In this document: positions 49,592 to 57,364 of the stretch, piece after piece
Position numbering within the stretch: position 1 is the stretch's first letter
How the letters are laid out: every line of letters begins with the position of its first letter
NCBI GenBank assembly: GCA_004431415.1
Contig: QPMI01000518.1
Location: 1-64,000, forward strand
DNA: 64,000 nucleotides
Source: Cyanophora paradoxa CCMP329
Taxonomy: Eukaryota; Plantae; Glaucophyta
Reading direction: 5' to 3'
Notes under the pieces: model-generated
Database searches by the model: none
Told to the model about the DNA's origin: nothing
What the model saw: only the letters and a program-made list of their open reading frames with translations
Made by a program: the position numbers and the translations under genes

Positions 49592-49650
49592 CCCGATTAT
49601 CTGACCATTTTCAGTAAGACCATCTGAAATTCTGAATTTCTCAGTGTCAA

Positions 49651-50052
49651 CTAACTCGGAAATCGCAATACTCTATGTTTCTCCGATTTCTCCAACCCTG
49701 AAAACACACCTGTTATTCTCTCATCTATCTCATGAGATACTCTCGTGGTTTTTCTCTCTGCTTCTAATCCACAACTGAATATATCAATCGCCAACATACC
49801 TTCATTTGAGTAACAATGAGCAGTGCAATGGCTCTCATCCAGCAGAAGAACCATTGCAAAACCAGGAGGAGAAATACCACCATCGAAAATCTCGCAATGC
49901 TTGTGAACTACTCGAATACCTTGCTCTTGAATAATAGTTTGCAAGAACTGCATTAACCACCTGGTTGTTGTCTCCAAGTCCTCCATTCCTACTGCTAATT
50001 GGGTTCTGAATTTGTAATCCAGCATCACATGGAAGCCTCGATGAGTATTCAT
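49651..50052 (-). CDS. speD: Pyruvoyl-dependent S-adenosylmethionine decarboxylase proenzyme, short prokaryotic class (SpeD/SpeH-like)
   Basis: 133 aa. G-x-H-x-x-x-D at the N-terminus, PPGFAMVLLLD-ES-HCTAHCY (E/S self-cleavage site), then EG...IDIFSCG with the conserved Cys. Confidence 0.88.
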   Translation of the reverse strand: MNTHRGFHVMLDYKFRTQLAVGMEDLETTTRWLMQFLQTIIQEQGIRVVHKHCEIFDGGISPPGFAMVLLLDESHCTAHCYSNEGMLAIDIFSCGLEAERKTTRVSHEIDERITGVFSGLEKSEKHRVLRFPS

Positions 50053-50092
50053 TTATGAATAATTTAGAAAAATTAAAAACGCGAATGGTAGA

Positions 50093-50242
50093 ATGCGAAC
50101 CATCTTAGCAAGAGTGCTACCTTATGAGTTGGTGGATATCATTCTGCTGCACTACCACAAGACCTGTCCCAGCTGCTTTGACACATGCATAATCACAAAG
50201 GGAAAATGGGGAAAGATTCTCATTTCTCTCTCAAAGATCTAA
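50093..50242 (+). CDS. Small 49-aa hypothetical protein (LPYELVDII, F-box-like start; CxxC)
   Basis: ATG-TAA frame MRTILARVLPYELVDIILLHYHKTCPSC... fills the gap between two genes; too short for the ORF track. Confidence 0.3.
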   Translation: MRTILARVLPYELVDIILLHYHKTCPSCFDTCIITKGKWGKILISLSKI

Positions 50243-50511
50243 TCGAAATATAATACTACTGGTTTATCATCTATCACGATTCCTGATGTCGTCTTTTTTC
50301 TATATGCATGAGAGGATTTCTTGTTGCATTCTCTGCATCCACTTCCCCTTACATGATTAAATGGGTAGGTTTGCAGGATCTTGTTGCATTTAAGGCATCT
50401 AACAGAGACCTTCTCTTGTGCTTTCTTATAGACTGTCTCACTATAATCGAATTTAGCATCACCATGAACCATCATTGCAGATTCTATGAATTTCTTTGTT
50501 TTATCATCCAT
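50239..50511 (-). CDS. Zn-ribbon protein of the DUF723-like type found singly or repeated in phage and giant-virus endonucleases
   Basis: FI..A..VHG..FDYS..VY.....KV.V.C..C......P.NH..G.GC..C pattern; no nuclease domain attached. Confidence 0.65.
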   Translation of the reverse strand: MDDKTKKFIESAMMVHGDAKFDYSETVYKKAQEKVSVRCLKCNKILQTYPFNHVRGSGCRECNKKSSHAYRKKTTSGIVIDDKPVVLYFD

Positions 50512-50538
50512 CCCTCTCTCTATATATACCTGAGATTT

Positions 50539-51582
50539 CTATGGAGCAGTATCCTGTCCGAAAATGGGGAAGTAGCGATTTGTGCCGTAATATTCTGCAT
50601 ATGTATTCTGTTTTGCAATAGCATCGGTTCTCTCAGCATAGAGAATGCATTTGTAGATACCAAACCTGGTGGCTCTCACCAAGAACTGGTAATCTTCAAG
50701 ACCGAAATTCACTCCATGATATATAATTTATGGGGTTGGGTCATCAATCACATCTGGTTCCTGGTAAAACCCTGTTGTGAAGATATCTGCAACGTTTACC
50801 CCTCGAAGTGCCGAAACAGCTGCTATATCTGTCCTCAGTCCCATAATCATAGTATTGTAAACTCCAACCTCAGTTACAAACAAATCATAGGTAAATGTCA
50901 AATTGTTATAAACACAATATCCTCGACCGAAATGGTTTGATGCTTGAACAAAGAATAGGTAATTATGACCTGTTTGATTGTTGTTTGCTCTGCACATAGA
51001 TAGCATTGCTGTGGGAAGCGGAATATTTCTTCTTACTCGATCAGTTCCTGTTATAATAACCAATTCCGAATTTTCAAGAGTGACAGAGGAAGCAACATAG
51101 AAATGTAGAAAAGGTTGCTGTGCAACTGGTGTATAGAAACGTATTCGTTGGGGATTCTCTACATTTTGTTCAAGAGTATCTGGGACATCATTATACGAAA
51201 CTGATGAAGAGAGTTGTCCTGAAACACGACAACCACCACCAATAAATGCTCCTCCTGATCTCACAGTAACAGCAGCAGAATTCTTATCGAAATCGAGGGC
51301 TTTCAGATCAACACTGTAAGCATCAGGACCTCCATTAGTAGGTTGGAAGAAATTCGCATTTGAGACAAGGAGTCGAGTGGTTTTGACCACACCAGAATTC
51401 TTATCAGCTCTCAGTTCTTTAACTCGAATAATCGAATTTTTATCAAAGGAGTTACCATTGGAATTGGGTCTCTCTGTGGATTCTAAACCACGAACTTCAT
51501 CATTCACTTCATGCTGGCGAAAATGCATTGCAGGGGATCCAAGGGAATATATAGGCAGTTGAACTCGATTATATTCACCCAT
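50539..51582 (-). CDS. Short fibre paralogue 3 (shared N-terminal domain, non-C1q C-terminus), with one in-frame TAA at 50728-50730
   Basis: The N-terminus (SF..NSIIRVKELRADKNSG.VKTT.L.VSN...NSA..V.SGGA.IG.G) aligns with the next two paralogues. The frame stays open for 62 codons after the TAA, giving 347 codons, the same size as the paralogues. Confidence 0.65.
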
Positions 51583-51617
51583 TGCTTCTTTTACTAAGAA
51601 GGAAAGAAAAATAATGT

Positions 51618-51884
51618 TCATTGCTCTTCTGTGACATTGTTATACTCGATGCCTTTCTTTACAGTTCCCCTTTGGAATGCCTGTAATACAATGGCTTCCT
51701 TTGAGGTTGGTATCTGAACTCCTGCTGAAATACAAGAGTGGATCTCTTTCTGAACAATCTCATCAATTGCAATTCTTGCCCTGTTGTGAACCACATTATC
51801 AATCCAATCCTGAACAGAAGCAGCGCAATATTCCATTCCCAACTTCTCAATATCAGATAGAACTACTTGGTATATATTTGACAT
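51618..51884 (-). CDS. 88-aa phage-type protein, putative fibre assembly partner or chaperone
   Basis: The pattern EK..MEY.A...QDWIDN.VHNRARIAIDEIV......C...GVQIP.SKEA.V..AF..G.VK resembles small proteins I recall lying downstream of C1q-fibre genes in aquatic tailed phages, and it sits in the same position here. Not verified by search. Confidence 0.6.
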   Translation of the reverse strand: MSNIYQVVLSDIEKLGMEYCAASVQDWIDNVVHNRARIAIDEIVQKEIHSCISAGVQIPTSKEAIVLQAFQRGTVKKGIEYNNVTEEQ

Positions 51885-51905
51885 CTCTACTTAATAGAGA
51901 GAAAA

Positions 51906-52925
51906 TTATGTGATACTTAGAAGTTCACCTGTGAAAAGTGTTCTACTTGAATAACTACCTGTGGAACCTGTGACAAGTGTTACATACTCACCAGCAGGAA
52001 CATTGATAATTGCACTGAGAGTAAGAGGTTTGGTTGTGATAGTGGAATTAGCTTCTACTGAAATGTTAACTCCATTGGGTAAAAGATTATTTTTCAGAAA
52101 ACTAAGACTTATTGCAGCACTTGTTGTTGAATTGGTATATGCTGTAAATCTATAATCACCTGCAACAAGAGCTGTAAACCTTCCATTAGTAACATCGAAT
52201 GACCCTGTATTATTTATCAAAACGGTTGTCCAATTGATCAGAGCGGCTGCACTTGTAGCAACATGAGTATATCCAAGTTGAACAGAAAATCGTGGCTGAG
52301 AAACATATTTTAAATAGCTTGAATTCAGAGTCAAACGATTGGCTTCCAGTGTTGCAAAAAGATCACTGTTACGTTTTAACAGCAGATTAACATCTGCTCC
52401 TGTATCTATTTCAGGAGTGACCACCTTGGTTGATGCTGTTATTATTGATTCTGTGGAATTGGGAATACTAATTCCAGCATTTGCTGTTACCAATCCTGTA
52501 AATGTGCTTGTTCCTGTTATGCTTACTTGATTGGCTGTAAGGGTTCCATCAATCCTTGCCCCATCTCCAATATAAGCGCCTCCACTTCTTACTACAAGAG
52601 CTGAGTTATTGATGGTGTTGTCAAAGGTAACAATCTTTGGTGTGGTGAACCCTCCCACATCATCATAAATTGCTGAATCTGATACAATCTGACCTGATTG
52701 AACTTGGTTCTTGTTTGAGACTATTAGACCTGTGGTTCTCACCTTGCCTGCATTTCGATCACATCGAATTTCTTTGCATCTGATCACAGAATGTTGAGAG
52801 AATGAATCGGCTCCTGTGGTCTCTGTGCAAATGAAACCTGGGGTAGCATCTGTTACTGTATGGTTGAGTTGATGCAATTTCGGCGCTGCATAACAGAAAA
52901 CAGGAACAGCTATTTGTGTAGACAT
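51906..52925 (-). CDS. Short fibre paralogue 2 with C-terminal C1q/TNF-like head
   Basis: 339 aa with the shared N-terminal domain and a beta-rich shaft. PRFSV...INNTGSFDVTNGRFTALVAGDYRF...AGEYV.L...FTGELL is a C1q signature. Confidence 0.8.
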   Translation of the reverse strand: MSTQIAVPVFCYAAPKLHQLNHTVTDATPGFICTETTGADSFSQHSVIRCKEIRCDRNAGKVRTTGLIVSNKNQVQSGQIVSDSAIYDDVGGFTTPKIVTFDNTINNSALVVRSGGAYIGDGARIDGTLTANQVSITGTSTFTGLVTANAGISIPNSTESIITASTKVVTPEIDTGADVNLLLKRNSDLFATLEANRLTLNSSYLKYVSQPRFSVQLGYTHVATSAAALINWTTVLINNTGSFDVTNGRFTALVAGDYRFTAYTNSTTSAAISLSFLKNNLLPNGVNISVEANSTITTKPLTLSAIINVPAGEYVTLVTGSTGSYSSRTLFTGELLSIT

Positions 52926-52947
52926 TCTTTATATTATACAAACAATA

Positions 52948-54006
52948 TTATGTAGCACTTACCAGGTAAACCAACAAGATGTGATTGTTTGGAAAGTCAA
53001 TACTACCTAACATACAGTAAATTTGAAGACTGTCTCCCATGGTGAGGGTAATAAGAGCTTCGTAGCACATCTGATTCCTGCTTGATTGACTTGCATATGA
53101 AAGAATCAGATTTGTATTGTTTCCGTTTATTCTTAGTCCAATCTGGGAGGCAGTTGCAGTAATGTCTTCCGTAATTGTAAAATAGACCCTATAAACTCCT
53201 GAAACAGGGGCTGTAAATGTTGCTGGATACAGTTTGTCAAAATGACCCTCATTATTCACAAGATATGTTCCAACTGGAAAAGAAAGTGTTGGGGTGCCGG
53301 AACTAACACTTGTTCCAAAAATCTGAGCGTTTGCTTGTTGTCCTGAAATACACATTCTTGGGCAATAGCTGCGTTTAAGACCACTGTTTGTTGGAAATGT
53401 GATTGCTTTCAGATCTGTTATTGTCTTTTCGAGAGTGAAAATGATATCTCCGTTTCGTTTATAATTCACATTTGCATCTGTCCCATTATCCATCTCAGGT
53501 GCATTAACTCTTGTAGTAGCTATTCGAGTAACATAGTTAACATCTCCTGAGAGACCACCATTAAAGGTCATCAATCCTGTGAATACACTTGTCCCACTCA
53601 CATTTAATTGGTTTGCTGTAACAGTTCCTGCTACATTTGCTCCATCTCCAATGTAGGCTCCTCCACTCTTGACTACAAGAGCAGAATTATTACTTGTGTT
53701 ACCAAAAGTAACTATCTGAGCTGTGGTAAATCCACCCACATTATCATATATTGCTGAATCGGGGACTACTTGACCCGCTTGAACTTGATTTTTATTCGAG
53801 ATAATAATTCCTGTGGTTCTTATCTTGCCTCCATTTCGATCACAACGAATTTCTTTGACTCTAAGTATATTGTTCTCAGTGAAAGAGGTAATGCTTGTAG
53901 TTTCAGTGCATATATTCCCGGGTGTAGAGTCGACTACTTCATGAGAGGTGCTATGGAGTGATTTGGCTGCAAGTTCATAGTTTGGGATTTCTAAAAGGGA
54001 GGTCAT
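52948..54006 (-). CDS. Short fibre paralogue 1 with C-terminal C1q/TNF-like head
   Basis: Likely start MTSLLEIP at 54006 (352 aa). The N-terminal ~150 aa are highly similar to paralogue 2. VNNEGHFD...TFTAPVSGVYRVYF...LTMGDSLQI is a C1q signature. Confidence 0.8.
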   Translation of the reverse strand: MTSLLEIPNYELAAKSLHSTSHEVVDSTPGNICTETTSITSFTENNILRVKEIRCDRNGGKIRTTGIIISNKNQVQAGQVVPDSAIYDNVGGFTTAQIVTFGNTSNNSALVVKSGGAYIGDGANVAGTVTANQLNVSGTSVFTGLMTFNGGLSGDVNYVTRIATTRVNAPEMDNGTDANVNYKRNGDIIFTLEKTITDLKAITFPTNSGLKRSYCPRMCISGQQANAQIFGTSVSSGTPTLSFPVGTYLVNNEGHFDKLYPATFTAPVSGVYRVYFTITEDITATASQIGLRINGNNTNLILSYASQSSRNQMCYEALITLTMGDSLQIYCMLGSIDFPNNHILLVYLVSAT

Positions 54007-54025
54007 CTTTATAATTACGAAATAG

Positions 54026-57000
54026 TTAAATTGCGACAGCAATGTAATGAATTGTAACTGGAAATCCTGGTCTGTCAAAAGAACTTAATGGAACTATGTC
54101 AAGCTCACAAGTGAAATAGCTACTGTAAACTTGTTTAAGCCTAACATACATTCGATAGTAGTAGGCTGTCTCATTGTGTTGTATACCAGTTGTTACAATA
54201 GGAGGGTTAGCAAAGCTGCTGTTGAAATTAATAGTGAGGTTAAACCTATGGTCAGGATTTGCCCAAAGATAAGGAGTAGTGTAAACATACGTTCCTGCTT
54301 GGATTTTCCCATTAAAATATGCATTGAGTTGACTGGAAAGATCTGCCTCTGTAATACATCGACTGATGGTCGCATTATTTGAGGGGTTCATAGCATAGAA
54401 ATTTCTTGCATAGGCATTTCCACGAACAAGTAAGGTTTTATCAAAGTAATTCTGCGAATTGTGGAAGAACCATGTTTCTTCAAACATAGGTCCTGCTGGT
54501 TCTACAATCTGACCTGATCCTACATACATTGTGTTGTTGGCTCTGATTGTGGTGGCTGTGAAAGGATCGAGGGTGGGTTTATTGGTCAGGTCATTGTAGT
54601 TGCCCGAAAATAAAGCGGGTTTGTTATAGATATCTGTATTCCAATCATGAGTATGTGCAAAATCTGTAATATCTGCTTTGACATGAGTGTGAGCAAAATC
54701 TGTAATCTCACTCTTGACATGAGTGTGTGCAAAATCTGTAATCTCACTCTTGACATGAGTGTGTGCAAAATCTGTAATCTGTGACTTTGTGTGAGTGTGT
54801 GCGAAATCTGTGATTTCAGATTTAAAATGAGTGTGAGCGAAATTCGTAATATCTGCTCTTGTGTGGGTGTGTGCAAAATCTGTTATCTGGGATTTTGTGT
54901 GAGTGTGTGCAAAATCTGTGATCTCTGCTCTTGTGTGGGTATGTGCTCGATTATTCAGATCAAGGAAGCTACCTGAATATGCAACAGGGTGTAGATTAGA
55001 TGGGGTGGGTTTATTAATGAGATCATTATAATCTCCTGTGAAAGATATGATTTTCAGTTCACCCCTTCCAACATAATCAGAAGGGAGGTCAATCTTAATG
55101 GGCATGATAGCTGGATCATCAGGGATCTCATACTCACCTCCTGGGTGAACCACAGGGAATGTTTGATTGCTTTCAGTGTGAACAAAGAAGTTGCATGCTG
55201 TTACTGTTCCATCAATTACCCCACCTGTGAGAGGGAGGTAATCTCCTGTCACACCAATATTGATACCTGCAATGATTGTATTTAGTTCGGTTTCATCTAT
55301 GTAGTTTTGGGCTTGAAGGTAATCCTCTGTAACCACTCTTGATATAGTTTCATTGTGAATATTTTTTGCAGCCATTCTTTGATTAGCTTCCAGAACCCCA
55401 CCATAATTCGTTTTTATCCATGCAAGTTCTGCCCTTCCATAATTATCATTTGCAGTTCCCACTATGGGAATGTAGGAGTATTTATCTCGACTGAAAACTA
55501 TCATTGGTCTTGATCCATCCAGACTGCTCACATCTGCAACATGAACCTGTATAGCTGCATTGTAATTTTGGTAGGTTGCTGGGTCTGTTGGAACTCTAAA
55601 AGTATCTGTGGGTATGTCAACCTCCATGTAGCTTGACACAAAGATATTTGGTATGGTTGCTCCTGGTTCTGGTGGTGGATTATAAGAGCCTGGTAATGTT
55701 CTAATATGAAGTGGTCCTCTCATAGCTGAATTTGCAAGTGTCCCTTCCACATGAACATAGTGGTGATTCAAAAAGATCCTTTCAGGGACATTGCAAGTCT
55801 GGTAAAGAGAAACTCCCAGAGTAGCAAGAGGCTCTACTTTTGCGAATTCTGGTTGGTCATTGATCTCATCCCAAGTATGTTCATGTTTGCTTGGTGGGAA
55901 CTCAGTTGGAATCCCATCAATTTCTCCCCAATCATGCCTGTGATCCTCTGGTGGAAACTTTTCAGGTTTGCCCAAGATCTCATCCCAATCATGATTGTGA
56001 TCCTCTGGTGGAAATCTTGCTGGTTTGTTATTGATCTGCTCCCAATCTGGGAAGAACTCCCAAATCTCTGGGCGAAATCCATCTGGTAATAATTCTTCAT
56101 GGGGTTCATATGGTTGCTCATAATCAACAACTGGTGGTTCGAGACCATCTGCTAAATATTCCTCATGGGGTTCATAATTCTGCTCATATTCATACTCTTG
56201 TGGATCTAAACCATCTGGTAAATACTCTTCCTCATTGGGATCATATTGATCATATTCATACTCTTGTGGGTCGAAACCATCAGGTAGGTATTCCTCCTCA
56301 TCTGGAACGAATTGGTATTCGTCAAGCTCCAAAATATCAATTTCAGGAGGTAAATATTGCTCATCAATTTGCTTTCTTGGTTCAATTATAGGTTTATTTC
56401 GAACCTGCTCCCAACTCACAATGTGTTGACCAAAAGGAACTGTCTCATCTGCTGTGTATTCTCTTCCTGGTTGCTTTTTGGGTGTTAAATCTGGTGGATC
56501 CCATGGTAGTGGGAAGGGAACTGGGACAGGTCCATAATACTCAAAGATCTCTCTTATGGTCTTCTCACTTACAAGTTTCTCTCCATTTGCATAGACATTG
56601 CTTCCATGGATATTTCGCCATTGTCTGGTTCTAATACCAAGATCTTTGGTGTTTGTCACCAAAGGTAAAAGGTGCCTATCCATTTCGACAAGGTCTGGGT
56701 GTAAATGAACTGTTACTGGTTGAGTGGGGCTACTGTTGACAGTGATAGACGCCTTATTCTTTGCTGTATCACCAGGTAGTTGGAAACCGAATTGCGCATT
56801 AGAAGCCGAATTCGCCACAATATCTCGTGGATAAACATTGTTAGTGAACTCGATTTTGTTGGTTTCTCCATGGGGGCTATCTGTAATATTTCGGGAATTT
56901 GTGCAATTGCATTTGATCCTTCATTATAGATTCTCAAACCACTCTGATGCCCACCCTTCTCATTTTGAACATTGAATATTAACCTACCACTATCGAATCG

Positions 57001-57315
57001 AGTTGGAATATCTGGATGGGTTCCACTGGTTTTCAGTTTTCTTGGTCTGCTCCTGGTTGCTTTAATCTGGGCTACTTGATTCGATTTCACATTCCCCATG
57101 CTGAAAGCAACACTCACATCCTCCTTTTCGGGATCCATTTCGTTTATTGAAAGTGCATGCTCTCTTGGGTGAGTCTTTGAGGGTTCATCTGCACTGTGAT
57201 CAATTGAGATTGACCCTCTGGCTGTCAAGTTATCGAAATTCACATGTTTGTTATCTGCCTTCCCTCTTCCTGATGAGGGAATGGTTTGAAGGTTTGCTGG
57301 GTAATTGAAACTCAT
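54026..57315 (-). CDS. Long fibre protein (~1,100 aa if ORFs 56713-57315 and 54026-56818 are joined across a 1-nt frameshift at ~56890), with phage tail-fibre His repeats and a C-terminal H-type-lectin/gp53-like domain
   Basis: Contains about nine HTHxK(S/A)xITDFA repeats, three H.H.W..I...P..FPP repeats, (S/T)GxYNDLxNKP motifs, acidic EEYLPDG repeats and the C-terminus INFNSSFANPPIV...IHYIAVA. The downstream frame is open upstream of its GTG and joins the upstream ORF if one A is added at GAAAT. Confidence 0.75.
54647..54946 (-). repeat. 36-bp coding tandem repeat (HTHxKxxITDFA), ~8.5 copies
   Basis: Periodic GTGTGTGCAAAATCTGTAATCTC... on the + strand. Confidence 0.9.
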
Positions 57316-57324
57316 CCCTGTTTA

Positions 57325-57364
57325 CTCTACTTATAGAGATTTATTAAATTTGAGTTAAGTAAAG
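57325..57364. promoter_or_regulatory. Divergent promoter region with CTCTA-TAAG-TAGAG motif (also at 51885-51899)
   Basis: Minus-strand CTCTATAAGTAGAG lies upstream of the fibre ATG and CTCTATTAAGTAGAG-ATG upstream of the 88-aa gene. Plus-strand TAAGTAAAG-ATG precedes patatin. Confidence 0.4.

Noticed and set aside
50308-50940. 210-aa plus-strand ORF
   Set aside because: Antisense to the Zn-ribbon gene and fibre paralogue 3, with no recognisable motifs.
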